Below, one piece after another: positions 24,561 through 36,993 of a stretch of 64,000 nucleotides of DNA. Positions within the stretch are counted from its first letter, which is position 1, and each line of letters begins with the position of its first letter. Below the pieces are notes generated by a model. That model made no database searches. It was not told the origin of the DNA and was given only the letters and a program-made list of their open reading frames with translations. The DNA is from Perkinsus chesapeaki ATCC PRA-425 (taxonomy: Eukaryota; Protista; Perkinsozoa), in the NCBI GenBank assembly GCA_013115145.1, contig JAAPAO010000040.1:1-64000 (forward strand), given 5' to 3'. Position numbers and translations under genes: made by a program.

Positions 24561-27500
24561 TCAGACAGGCGGTGAAGAGGATGCTTGGCTTATCGGTGGG
24601 GCGGTCAGCTTGCTCATAAGCCTGTTGGAGTATCTTACTGTCACTTGATCCTCGGCTGGCGTGCCAACCATAGTGCACCGCTCGTTCACACGTCGACAGA
24701 TCGCAGCACAGTGCAGCCGCAGCTGAAGAGAGATAATAGCACATCTGCTGCTTGGAGTCCATCACTTACTAAGGCGTCTTTGCAATGTGGGTGAACTGCA
24801 AGGTTTCCAAGTGAGAATAGAGCAATCTTAACGGATGAATCCGCAGGTCCAGCCTGCAATGGCGACTGTAGGAGCCTCCGATCGACCAGGTTCAGCAGAC
24901 CCTCTAGCGCCTGAGAACAGCGGTGGTTTAGGACTTGGGAAGTTTTATCAGTTTTATTGCCCCCATTTCTATCATTGGTCTGACTAGCTCGTTGCTGTTC
25001 CGTACAAGGTTACCCAGCGCTCCTGCTGCATTGGCTCTGGTCTTCTCGTCCTCCTCAATATCTGCAATACTATAGACTACAGCTAGAGGTGTCAGAAAAC
25101 CGCTTACTCAGTAGGTCTATCAAATAAGGCAGAGCCTGCTTCAGCTCACTGTACAATCCCGAGCTATGGAAGGCAGAATTCCCCAACGCGAACGATGCGA
25201 ATTTCCGAACAGTGGCGTCTGGATCGGAACACAGTGGTAGCAGGGCCGCTATCAAGTCGTCCCTAATTACAAAGATCGAGTTAAGCAGTAGACAAAGCAG
25301 TACTCCCCAAAAGAACTGTAGAAGAAGTCAGAGTGACGTGCCATGTTGCCGATCGCATTGCAGGTCTTGGCTCGGACTCCAGATGATGGATGCCCACAGT
25401 TCCTCCGCAAGGCCCCACAGGGTGATATTTGCTTGATGGCATAGTAGAAGTCTTTACTCTGTCGGGCTATATGGGACACAATCTACACAGGAAGATGAAG
25501 CCCTGGCGGCGGGGAAGTCCGTGGAAGGGAAGATGCCGCCTACCAATAGGGCATCCACCAAAGCCTGCTCGTCGGCACTTGAGAGGGTATCAAACTTCTG
25601 AAGAGAGGTTGCTAATCATTATAGATACTCACCAACAGAACCAAAAGTGAGGTCCAAAACGAGGCAGCATCTGCCATTACCTTGAAGAGCTCGAGACCCC
25701 CCGCAGCTACGAACTGGCCGGCCAGGGAGTTATGGTGCAGCACAAGGCACGAGAACAACGTTACGGCCTCAGTAGGCAGGGTCGAAAGCTCCGACAGAGT
25801 TGTACACTAAAATGGGCAACGGACAGTAGACAAGTGCGGCAGCAACAGCAGCAGCAGGCCATTCACCAGAGATGCGATGACTTGAGACTCGATCAGCTCG
25901 TTGGTGAGATTCCCGCTGCGGTCATCTGAAAGAGCGCCTGATGCCGCCACTGCGGTCTCCAGCAGCAACCTAGCCAATGACAGTTGTGTGGATAACAAAT
26001 GGAAGCCTACCGCGTAGCGCACTCTGCCTCGTCCGGGGGCCTTATAGTCCCGAGGCCCCGAGCTAGCACTAGGAAAGTTCGGAGGAATATCCTAGGCTCC
26101 AGCACTTCCCTATAGTCGTGCCTGAGCCAACTAATGCTGCTGCTGATGGTGGGCCACACATGCCACGCCTTACAGCAGACGGATGGCTGCCGATATGCCA
26201 TAGCGCGTTGGCGAGAGCAGGTGGAGGAAGGTGCAGATATATCTGGGAGAGCTCGGGTCCCAATGGAGGACCCGACACACGACAGACCGGACGTCTTGAT
26301 CATGGTTGCTGTGGTCTAGACTGCAAAGTAACCTGACCGGATGATGTCGTAGTACTCTCTAAAGACGCTAGTGTAGAAGAGGACGGAAGTAGGGTGGAAG
26401 AAGTATGTCAGGTTCAATCGGTAGGTTAATACCGGTTTTCAATCGGTAAAAACCGCGTAAGTGCCGGGAAGTGTCGATGAATTATCAAAACCCTCAAGGC
26501 TAGCGGTGCCACACCCGAAACCTTTCACACGCTCAATTTGCGTCAATTAAAAATGTAATATCATCACCCAACAACTAGGCCACAGTGGCATCGCTGGGCT
26601 GATAGATGGTATTATCGTTTGCTATCTCTCGTTACCTCATAACAGAGTCCATCGGTGCCCCAGGGGTATAGCCACCAACTTGAACGCCCTCTATCTTCCG
26701 AGCAAGCTCAGCTACTCTCGCTACTTGTGGATTACCATTTCGAGGGGACAGAGAGGAGCTACTCAATAAGGAGGCAATCACTATAATACTGGCGGCCAAG
26801 GTTTACCCTATGTAACATAGCTCGTAGACAATGCCACCCACCATACCACGCTTCAACAGTAACTCCTTCACTTCCGTCGACTGGCGCACCCCTGAACTGG
26901 GGCATGTCACCATGGACACTACCACTGATAGGAGATAGGCAAGGAAGACCTATTAAAACGTGTCTGATAAGCGCTGATGAGGAAGCCTTTTACGAAACAA
27001 GCTGGAGAGGAAGGGCGTTGTTGTTGGCACTCTTTGACGCTGCGGGCGGCTGCTGCAGCCTCTTCGAGGAAACTCAAGCTGTAGAACGACTGTAGTAGCG
27101 TCAGCAGTAGTAGCTCACATTGCAGCTCTTTGGGTTAGGCTAGTTGCAGCACCTTCCTTTGCATTAGCCAGAGCTGTACTAATAATAACGAATACCAATC
27201 CAACAGGTATGATACCATCTCCTAAGGCACTGCTTCCTAGCAATCAGCTGACTCTAGTAGTAACCTACTACCATCCTTGCGTAGCACAGCACAGTTGTTT
27301 GCCGTTGCTAAGGCCACTGCTTGGTGGAGGAGGTTGGATCCCTTACCTGCACCATCCCCATAACCAACAAGTCTGCTCCCAGGAGCTTTAGTACCGTTCC
27401 GATGATGATCAAGAGCGGCAAGTATCTCCTCCGAGGCTCTCGAGGAACACACTTCTGCCCTGGCCAGCTCGACCAGCAGCTTCAATGCATTGGTATCAAA

Positions 27501-30500
27501 CTGTAACGGCGATTGGCTCACGTGGCACATCTCCAAAAGTAACTAAGGCAGAATCCTCCTCTACAAGCCGACCGACCCTACCTCAGCAACACTGACACCA
27601 GCTTCCCGACGGCTCTGGGCCTCCATGGCCTCCAGGACCTATACCTCATCATTACTCCCCCACCCCTAGGCCAGCTACCTTCTTTCTCCATGCACCATCT
27701 ATCTGTCCAGCTACCTCCTCTGGTGATGAATCTCGGGTAGTATCAGATCTTACACTATTCTGTCGAGTAGGGCCATCAGTAAACGCCCAGGCCGTAGCCG
27801 CCGAAACGTACTCGGCGGCCTCTACCGGGCCTGGTGAAGGCAGCGACATCAGAGCAATGCCGCTGACTGGCATTACAATAGGAATTATGCAGCAGACTGG
27901 CAAAGGCTTGCAGTATAGCACGGGCCAGCTTTATGCCATTGCCACTTCGACCAGCTCGAGCTAGGCTTCCAGCCAGGGATTGTACCTTACGTACTTTTGG
28001 GAGAGCGAAGAGCGAACCGCTTCCCTCCTACTGCTAGTGATAGAGGTGACCGATCTCCCTCCTGCTCCCAACGCTTCAGGCACTCCACAGCCTGAGGCCA
28101 CACTAACGAGGTTCCCACCATCAGACTACGTACGTGCGGTAGCTGCTCTGCTGCTTCGGTGCCGCGCTGCACTATTGACCATGCTATGGTCTGCTGAGCT
28201 AGGGCTGCAAAGAGCACCTGAAAGGGTAGCTCATGCTCCCTAGCAACTGAGCTAACCTCACTCCACAACACTTGGAGACATTAACCGCACCGGGTCCTGG
28301 ACGACTGGGGGATAGAGCGTCGCTTATATCGAGAACCTTAGAGGAGTTATAATAAGGACGAGGGAGCTATATGCCTTTAACGAATGCATAAGCAGGATTC
28401 CCTTTCGTTTGTTGGGCCGCCCCAGCTAGCTTACCTCAGGAACAATGCATAGGAATCTATCTGCAATCGATAGGTTGCTGCCCTCATCAACCCCAAATAT
28501 TGGGTCAGCTCCATATTGGTCCATGCCTCCAGTAGAAGCACCAGCTGCAGCTATTGACCTGTAGTAGGCCTACCTTAGAAGGAGACCAAGCCTATGCCCA
28601 CCTAAGCCACAACCCCAGCACTCTTAGACCATCCGAGAGGACTGCTTCAAAGCCTGACACTTCTCGGAAGGGAGAGGATTCTTTATCGCCTGATAGGGGC
28701 CCTCTTAGGGAGATTGAGCAATAATCCTAGATGACCTACAGCATTTAGTGACTATCCTTAAGGTTGATGCAGGGAGGGTGCTGTCTGGGGCGAAGAGCTT
28801 TGACAGAACGTCATGACCAGCCGCGGAACCTCCGCTGGACTGTGTTACGTAGACCAGAAAATTAGCCAGAAATTGCAGTAAGGAGTGCAGAGGTGGAGCA
28901 GGAGGAGGTAGGGAGAATAGTCCCTTGAGGCCCGCGCCTGACTAGATTTCTCAAACCAAAAGGTCCCAAGTTCCATCCCCGCTGGGCGCTTTACTACCGT
29001 TGTTCCTGATTATAGTACAGCCATCGCACTGTTGAGCATACTTCTCCAAAAGATCCAAACACTAAATACCCGAAATTCTCACGCGCCTCGAAACTCGTGG
29101 TTACCGTTGCAGCAAAAGAGGCATCATTCGGTAGTATTTTAGGATCGACGACTGCCCTGCTAATAACCTCGAACCATTTATTAGATGGCAGCGCTGATGG
29201 TATTGCGGAGGCGGCTGCTGCCTGCTGCTATGAGGATTTCACAAAGGAGCGGTATGAGGCATGGCCTACTCGATCCCTAGCTACTGGCGAGGTACTGGGT
29301 ACCCTTAGACTAACCGGATTGATGACCCCCAACGAACCTGGGGTAGTGTCACCTCTCCCTCGTTGACTAGTCCTGACAGCCTTAATATAAGTCGAGCGTC
29401 AACCTGAGATACTTCTCACCCCGAGCTATCTAATCTGGCAGACCCAGCAGGTGTGCTTCCCCCATTGAGTGGCACATCCAGCGCTGGTGGTCGCTCCGGT
29501 GAAGGTGATGTTCTGACGAAAGGGTGGTCAAGCAAGGCTGGCCAGGACAGACGCTTGGATGGGTTCTTCTGCAGTAGACCCTGTGAAAAAGATATTTCGG
29601 AGGGTCATGCGGGCCAAAGCTTACTTGGAGAAATGACTTGAAGTCTGGTGACATATCAGTAGGATATTTTACTGGGTCCTTAATAATAAGATGTATTAAA
29701 CTGTACAATGAATTGGTATAGAAGGGGGGTGTACCCACAAAGAGCTCATATAATATTACACCTGTCACCAACGATGACCGCCGCCTCACTAACTATCAAT
29801 GGCTCACCAAGAGACCATAGGTCAGCTGTGTGATTGTAGGGCTGCTCCTGGACAACCTCCGGGGCCATATAACTAATGATTCAGCGCTCATAGAGATGTA
29901 GCCTATGATATACTCTCACAGTGGTGTTCCTTTTATACTAGTAAGCACTATAGTGTTATAGCTCATCGCTCGAGCGAATCCAAAATCACAAAGCTTGACT
30001 ACATTGTTCGCACCGACAAGGATATTTTGAGGCTTCATATCCCTACCAAAGATCCTATCTCCCCTATAAATGACACCCTTATCACCTGTGGATGACTCTA
30101 TTGCTATGCAAGTAATGCAGTGCCTTCACCAACTGCTGGGCTATACGACGGACCTCACTTTCAGGCAGCTTTTTATCATCCTATATGATATGAATCAACT
30201 AGAATCCTCCTGGCAAGACTCACTTGGAAGATTTCAAACAGCTCACCATGGGCGAACTCTGTGACCACTACAAAATCCGTACCTGCCCCGAAGCCCCCTC
30301 AATGGCCTGAACCGAGCCTGATACTACTGGTCTCGAAATATTCATCCATCATTATTATATGGTCATGATTCAGCTGTTGAAGGATGGCTATTTCCTGCCG
30401 CAGATTCCTTAAATCCTTTTCGGACTTCCCGCGTTTTGCTATGAATTTTAGAGCCACTACTCGCCCAGTGTACCTAAAGATATGCGCCTATGCGCACTGC

Positions 30501-30661
30501 GAAGATCTTCTCAGGCAGTTCTGGATGGAAATGTAACTTGCTAACCTAGCAAGATTCCCCCAAGGTCAATTGGAGAACCTCCCACATTACTTTCGTCTGC
30601 CTTTAAACACTTTACCAAAGCAGCCCTCTCCTATAAGGTGAAGAACATGATAGTTTTCCAT
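24561..30661 (-). CDS. STK36: Fused/STK36 (TIO-like) Ser/Thr kinase with C-terminal ARM/HEAT repeats
   Basis: [52 protein letters not shown]|[67 protein letters not shown]; C-terminal [20 protein letters not shown] and [16 protein letters not shown]. Confidence 0.9.
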
Positions 30662-31402
30662 TACAAAAGATGATTCACTAATAGCCGTGTTAATACAGTA
30701 ACGTATATTTAATACTGTAAACACTACACGATCATTGATTAACAACCAGAAATGATACTAATTATTATAAACAGCATGGACCCATTTGCAACGGACGACA
30801 CCTATTTGAGGGGAGGAGCTGATCAATGGTCGCCTGCCATAGGAACAATTAGACGCGATGAAAGCCTATCTTCGTGCCTGGAAACTATAAGCTAGTCAAC
30901 AACTCGGATTCCTCCCATATTACTCCTAGTGTAGTCTCAGCGATACATTACTAGGATCCGTGGTGGGATCAGACACGGACTCTAAGATACCTCGAAGCTA
31001 ATCGTTACTGGTGAGGTAAATGGCGGTACCAGTAATCGGTTGGGATCTTGCTTCTCTATCCCTCTAAATCACAATAGCACGTAACCCAGCCAATTTCGAG
31101 AAACCTGTTACCTCCTCGTTGGTTGGTGATGCTATTACGTCTGAAAAGTAAGCATCTAAACCGATCGATGAGCTCCCCACTACTGGTGTGAGTTCCCACT
31201 GGTCTGCAGCACAATCGTCGCTTTCTGCGCTCAAGTATCTCAGCAATTTCAGCAAGCTCACGAAGGTCACATAGGACCTCTTCCTTCATGGCTTGGAGCA
31301 GCTGAGGATCTACCGGCATTTTACTACCGGTAAACGAAGCAATTGGATGAAAGGGCGAAAACCGTTGATGATGAGTGTGAAACCGTTGTCATTCGAAATA
31401 TC

Positions 31403-31431
31403 CGGGTTCGAATCCCGCGACCAGCATTTTT
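31403..31431 (+). pseudogene. Orphan tRNA 3' fragment (T-arm, acceptor strand, discriminator A, T5 run); isotype not determinable
   Basis: CGGG-TTCGAAT-CCCG-C-GACCAGC-A-TTTTT. No GCTGGTC-type 5' strand, D-arm or anticodon arm found nearby on either side. Confidence 0.6.
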
Positions 31432-31615
31432 CTCCAACTAATTATCCTCTCCGCTTGGGAACCTCCTTATCCTTTGCTAAGCCGCATGCACAGGTGTGCA
31501 GTTACCCGTGTATAACGAAAGGTCGGCCTCATATAGCACACCGAAAGTCTGTTCTGGTTCCACTGATTTGGGAATGTTCCGTTTGTTAAGCGTTTATTTA
31601 TTATTCCCTTTTATC

Positions 31616-31873
31616 ATGACGGTAGTCCCTACAAGCCGGTTACTCTCCTCGCATCAGTCCGCCAAGCCAACTGTGGTAGACTCTGAGGATGGCCATCGAA
31701 GTCTCCTCAGAAGCTGCTTAATAGCAGTCGTTATAGGGCTACTGGCCACAAGCTTGAGTCTAGTCATCTTTGGCTGCTGGATGATAGCTTGTTTGATTGT
31801 TAGTGATGAGGAGATAGAAGTAGATACACTCAATGCAATAGAACGATGGGCAAATGCATGGTTCGAGCTATGA
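31616..31873 (+). CDS. Small hypothetical single-pass membrane protein (85 aa)
   Basis: ATG at 31616 after a T-rich tract; long hydrophobic stretch CLIAVVIGLLATSLSLVIFGCWMIACLIV followed by an acidic tail. ORF evidence only. Confidence 0.35.
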   Translation: MTVVPTSRLLSSHQSAKPTVVDSEDGHRSLLRSCLIAVVIGLLATSLSLVIFGCWMIACLIVSDEEIEVDTLNAIERWANAWFEL

Positions 31874-32088
31874 TACTGTTGTTGAAAATTACTCTGTTGC
31901 GTTCTTTCCGGTAGCAAGATTCAGTTGAATACTCGCTATTAGTTAACCGTACGGGTCTCTCCTGTTAGCAACAAAAGTGAATCCCCATCGGCGGGATTGA
32001 TCGAACCCTCCAACTGGCACCAATCCCTTTCCCTAAGGGTTACAATGCATGCTTGGAGCTAAGATATCCTGATAGTTTCTTATTTACC

Positions 32089-32959
32089 ATGGGCACCGAT
32101 ATACAGTGTGAATCTGCGGCCCTAACAACCACCGGCGGTCGAGTTTGGTCAGCCTCTCATGATATGTTTACGTTCCTTAAGGTGAGGCCCTCAATGGGAG
32201 ACTAAGCTCTTTTGCGAAAGATTCTTTTGAGGTTAACATTACCTCTCGTATCCGACCCTCTCTATCTTTCAGGAAAAAACTGATATATTTTCTCTCAAAA
32301 AAGGTCGCATTCTCGAGCTCGGATCAGGATGCGGATGGCTAGGAATGGAGGTGATAAGAGGGGAAGGCTGTTTCATTGGTCACCTTGGATTTGTCAATAA
32401 TGTGTCATGAGGTTCTAAGGTCGCATCTCTCCTACCATCAACCGTAGAGGTTGTGTTAACTGAGCAAGAGGAAGGAGGAGGCCTTCAATGGCTTCAGCAC
32501 AACGTCGAGCTCAATCAACAGCGAGGCGTTCCTCTTGGTACGGAGCTCTCTATAACACTTGAAAGTGAATGAATTCCCTTGTCAGATAACGTAACCTGCC
32601 GGACATGCGACTGGAACGAGGTTCCAGACGATCTTCGCAATGTAGATTGGGATTTTATTATCGGCACAGAGCTAGTGTACCTGCCCATACTAACCAAGAT
32701 ATTCCCTCGAGCAATAAGTCAGCTCATACACCCCCCAAACACCCAGGTCTACTATGGCCATATGCTGGGCCGTTACGAATCTATGGACCTAGATCTCATA
32801 GACAACTTCCGTGCCTTGAATTTGGAACCTCGAGAGCAGCTACAGCCGGGCATGACCGAGCTGCCTCCAGAGGATGAACATTTCACTCAGTTGTTCCCGG
32901 AGATGCGCCTTGCGGTTTATAAGATAGCTCCCGTTACTAGTGGCATACCAGCTTCATAG
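32089..32959 (+). CDS. SAM-dependent protein methyltransferase, family 16 (METTL21-like)
   Basis: Four exons: TTGGRVWSAS, RILELGSGCGWLG, VVLTEQ, CDWN..DFIIGTELVY. Start codon not certain. Confidence 0.85.
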
Positions 32960-33047
32960 GCAACATAATCGGTTGTGTTATCAATTCGTACGGGTGGTCG
33001 ATGGTAGTCGAGGCTATGGTTTCAGTTGAGTGCTACTATGAAGGAGG

Positions 33048-35209
33048 ATGGACACAGCTATATCAGTTGATGCTACCGAGTTAAGAAATAATGTAATACT
33101 GGTGGGGTAATAAGGATAGGGATTGAGTTGTTGTATATACAGGAGGCATTCGTGGAGGCATTGCTACAGGCTCCTGAGATACCCAGTGAGCCAGGGTCGC
33201 CCGGGGACAAGTCTCCACCGCGCGCAGAGAATCCTTCTAATGTGAGCCGACTTGACTGGGATTCGGAAAGCTCTCAAGTGCGGTCAGTTGGCACATGAAC
33301 CCTACCACGTTGATGACGTACGTTCGGAGCCTGTATTACCCTTACCACCACCACCACCACCGGAGCAAGACTCGCATCTAGCAGTGCAACACTCAGGGCC
33401 GGTTATGCCAGGGGTACCGATAGGATTGGAAGTATCTGATGAGATGGTCAGCGGCGGCGGCGGGGATAGGCCTTCTGATAGGGTGTGTTGTGTTCAGGCA
33501 TTGGCAATCCCCTCAAAGAGGGCACGAAGGGGATCGCTTATCAACGGGTCGGATGTGGTCAATGAGCCAGGCGCTGAGGAGGGACACGTCACCGCTGTGG
33601 TCCAGCTTAAAAGTGGGCCTTGGCGGGCTCAAGTAAGAGGTTATTATGTGGCGCGTGAAGCTGAAAGTCGTTAACAGATAGCTATTGGAGGGAAGAAGTA
33701 TCGGGGGCCTACTCGACGAACTCCAGGTAGTAGTGCATCGCAACTTGTACTGCGAACGAGAGCTTCTTAGAGGAAGCGGACAACGATCGAATTCAAATGG
33801 AGGAGGCTCGCCAGGCCAACACTCTGGAGCAAGTACGTGGTGGTGGCTCAGTGTGGATAAAGGATCCTAATATGTCATTGTAGCTGTTGCAAGACTGGGA
33901 GATGACCTCACAGTTGCTACCTAAAGGAGTGTACTACAACAAGTCAAAGAAGGCATTTGTAAGGCAGCTAGAATTGAGGGGAGTATCTTGAGGTTAGATT
34001 GCTACCATCCATCAACAAGTTAGTTTTGTTGAAGCCGATCATCTCGACACCGACCCTACTGTACCGCGAGCCATGACCATGAAGGTAAAGCGAGCCAGCT
34101 GGTGTTATTAAAGGATTCGGTGTGCCAGTACGAGGGGCCAGCGCGTCATAACGTAGAAGAGGCTATACAGGACAGGATTATGCTCGAGGCCGCGCAATCA
34201 CCGGAACAGGTTCAAGAGGTATGACCTACCACTGCGGTGGCTGGATACTAGTGCCGCTAGGTACTGGCAAGGCTGCGGCGTCCGAAGCAGGAGAAACGGC
34301 GAACGCCGAGCAAGGAGAGGATCCCTACTGGAGTGCATCTCAAGAAAGATGGGTAGGCCGCCGCCTTGGGGGTTAGGATGGACCATAGACGAGGACTTCA
34401 GATTTTTTACGGCTCAAGTTTCGGTGCACCGGAAAAATTTCCGAGGGCCGCCGCGTACATCGTTGGAGGAGGCGGTAGATGACCGACAACGGCTCACTCA
34501 AGCAAAGGAGGAAGGGCGAGTGGATGAGGTAAGCAAAGTTAGCCGGTATCACTGGGAAAGCGGGAACGGAAGCTGGAAAGTATGTGCACTTTATTGGAAG
34601 GTGCCAGCGAAACTGTTTTGTGTTACTGTCTCCGCGAACGTTCTAGGAAGTGGTCGACCTGATGGGGATTGTCATATCAACACTAGAAGAGATATAGTCG
34701 AGGGCGCCGTTTCCTTTCGTTTCTGATGATTAGTGTGACACTTCTTCTTTCGGTAAATTGTCTGATTCGGCAAGATATTACTTTTACGGCTATTGTGATG
34801 CCATTACGATTTTCCCTAGTGGAGCGTATTTCAGGTATGGAGCAAGATGAAGGAGGAGTATGCCCAACTGCAGCAGCTTCGACGACTGACAACCACTGCT
34901 ACAGGAATACGGAGCCTCCGAGGGCCAGGCCGACCACGAGGATCGGTCACCCGTATTGCCCATGTACCTTTACCGGACCTCTCGGCGGCGCTACCTCCGC
35001 CGGGTAGCCAGCCTAGCTTTATCCCAGATGTGGTGCCCTCCACAGTTGAGGAGCATGAGGCCATCGCTGAGCACGCTGATTCTGTGGTTAAACTTGATGT
35101 ATCCCATTTCGAGTGTGCCTCCTCACATAATTACAATGCTATAACCACCGATGGAGCTCATACAGCAGAGTCTGATGAGCCCGCCGCCGCCGCCGCGTTA
35201 CCATCATAA
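33048..35209 (+). CDS. Putative DNA-binding protein with three AP2-like repeats and an AT-hook
   Basis: Spliced repeats WRAQ|IAIGGKKYRGPTRRTP|EEADNDR, LPKGVYYNKSKKAF..YEGPARHNVEEAIQDR and FTAQVSVHRKNFRGPPRTSLEEAVDDR; RGPGRPRGS in the last exon (about 34919-34945). Confidence 0.65.
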
Positions 35210-35464
35210 GTTCATTCCGTAACATTCTATCTGGTTACGTCAGCGTTGTGTTAAGAGTTAGAACAGACAGTCGAATCAATGCTGACAAGGTTAATGCTAA
35301 CCAGTTTTTGAGACTCCCGTATTATATAGCAATAGTGGCACTTCATGCCATCTCCCCTAAGTAAGGGACACTTTCTTCGTTGCTTTCTACTTTGTATTAT
35401 ATACTAGATTTTGAATTGACTTTTGAAGACGCCGGTCTTCTCGCTACACCTTCACGTACTTTTA

Positions 35465-35690
35465 CCCACCTTCCTTACTCTACAACTACTACCCACCTTC
35501 CTTACTCTACAACTACTATCCACTTTCTTCCTTACTCTACAACCACTATCCACCTTCTTCCTTACTCTACAACTACTACCCACCTTCTTCCTTACTCTAC
35601 AACTACTATCCACCTTCTTCCTTACTCTACAACTACTATCCACCTTCTTCCTTACTCTACAACTACTATCCGCCTTCTTCCTTACTCCAC
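35465..35690. repeat. 30-bp minisatellite, about 7.5 copies (first two units 27-29 bp)
   Basis: Unit CACCTTCTTCCTTACTCTACAACTACTATC repeats at 35521, 35551, 35581, 35611 and 35641, with partial and shorter flanking copies. Confidence 0.95.
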
Positions 35691-36036
35691 GCTGCTTATT
35701 CCCGCAATCCTCGCTCTATAAATTCGCCACGCTTTTCGGCAGGTGTGTTTTATGGCGCTTCGTATGTGGTTCTCATTTGACTCCTTTGATGTAGTTCTAG
35801 AATTACAGGGAAGCCCCGAAACATGCCAGTGAATCCCAAAGAAACCTTGGGCTCATACACTCCTGCTCAAACAGGGTGCTACATCTATGGGGAAACACAC
35901 GAGGTGGCGTGCGACGACACAAAAGCTGTCTCCGGTGGTTAACTGGTCTTAGCTAATAATTTAGCTATGGATTTGTGCGTCCCATCGGTGGTCTCCTGTA
36001 CCCCTTTATTGTGGATTTAATCATCAACAACTCATC

Positions 36037-36993
36037 ATGGCTATCAAGGTCGCTCTTCTCGGTGCTTGCGGTGGTATCGGACAGCCCCTCGCTCTTCTGT
36101 TGAAGCTCAACCAGAAGATCACTGATTTGGCTCTTTACGATATCAAGCAGGCCCGTACTCCTTGCGCCGGTGTTGCTGAGGATTTGAGTCACATCAACAC
36201 CCCTGCTGAGATTAAGGGTTACGCCGGTGAGGAGGAGCTCGAGGCTTGCCTTACTGGCAGTGATGTCATCATCATCACCGCCGGTGTTCCCCGCAAGCCC
36301 GGCATGACCAGAGATGATCTTTTCGCGATCAACGCTGGTATCGCCCGCGATCTCGCCAAGGCTTGCGCCAAGTACGCCCCTAAGGCTACTTTGTGCATTG
36401 TCACCAACCCCGTTAACTCCATCGTCCCTGTTTGCGCTGAGATGTACAAGAAGGCCGGTGTCTTCAACCCTAAGAAGCTCCTCGGTGTCTCTCTTTTGGA
36501 TACCATCAGAGCTGAGACTTTCGTCGCCAAGCAGATGAAGGCTGATGTTAACAAGGTCACTGTCCCTGTTATTGGCGGTCATGCCGGTGTGACTATCATG
36601 CCCTGGTTCTCTCACGCCACCCCCAAGGTTGACTTCGATGAGGCCACTCTTACTTCTTTGGATAACCATGTCCAGAACGCCGGTACCGATGTTGTGAACG
36701 CCAAGGCTGGTGCTGGATCTGCCACTCTCGCCATGGCTTACGCCGCCGCCGAGTTCGCTGATGTTGTCATCCGCGGCATGAACGGCGAGAAGGCTTCTGC
36801 TTCCGTCTACTTCAACGAGCCTTACAATGGCGTTGACTACTTCGCCTACTTGTGCGACTTCGGACCCGAGGGTGTCTCCAAGGTTCACCCCATTGAGGGT
36901 CTCAGTGAGCACGAGGCCGGCAGAATTGAGGAGGTCGTCTCCAAGCTGAAGGGTGATGTTCAGAGGGGTATTGATTTCGCTAACAAGCAGTAA
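36037..36993 (+). CDS. MDH: NAD-dependent malate dehydrogenase, mitochondrial/bacterial type-1, copy 1 (most divergent)
   Basis: Intronless 318 aa; GACGGIGQPL, AGVPRKPGMTRDDLF, VTNPVNS, LDTIRA, IGGHAG, NAGTDVVNAKAGAGSATL. Confidence 0.97.
   Translation: MAIKVALLGACGGIGQPLALLLKLNQKITDLALYDIKQARTPCAGVAEDLSHINTPAEIKGYAGEEELEACLTGSDVIIITAGVPRKPGMTRDDLFAINAGIARDLAKACAKYAPKATLCIVTNPVNSIVPVCAEMYKKAGVFNPKKLLGVSLLDTIRAETFVAKQMKADVNKVTVPVIGGHAGVTIMPWFSHATPKVDFDEATLTSLDNHVQNAGTDVVNAKAGAGSATLAMAYAAAEFADVVIRGMNGEKASASVYFNEPYNGVDYFAYLCDFGPEGVSKVHPIEGLSEHEAGRIEEVVSKLKGDVQRGIDFANKQ

Noticed and set aside
26365-26636. Possible mobile element in a long STK36 intron (TTCAATCGGTA occurs twice)
   Set aside because: No terminal inverted repeats or target duplication found.
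31056-31319. Small minus-strand ORF MPVDPQLLQAMKEE
   Set aside because: May be a real small spliced gene, but I could not build a consistent exon chain or recognise a family, so it is not annotated.
30050-31320. Degraded hAT-like transposase (YW..LP..RLASRYL look-alike)
   Set aside because: 30050-30661 is the first exons of the STK36 kinase; the remaining resemblance is interrupted by stops and lacks the ERxFS motif.
126-31426. Trans-splicing partnership between the orphan 5' half (126) and orphan 3' fragment (31403)
   Set aside because: Acceptor strands GACAGCG and GACCAGC are not complementary, and the anticodon arm would be missing.
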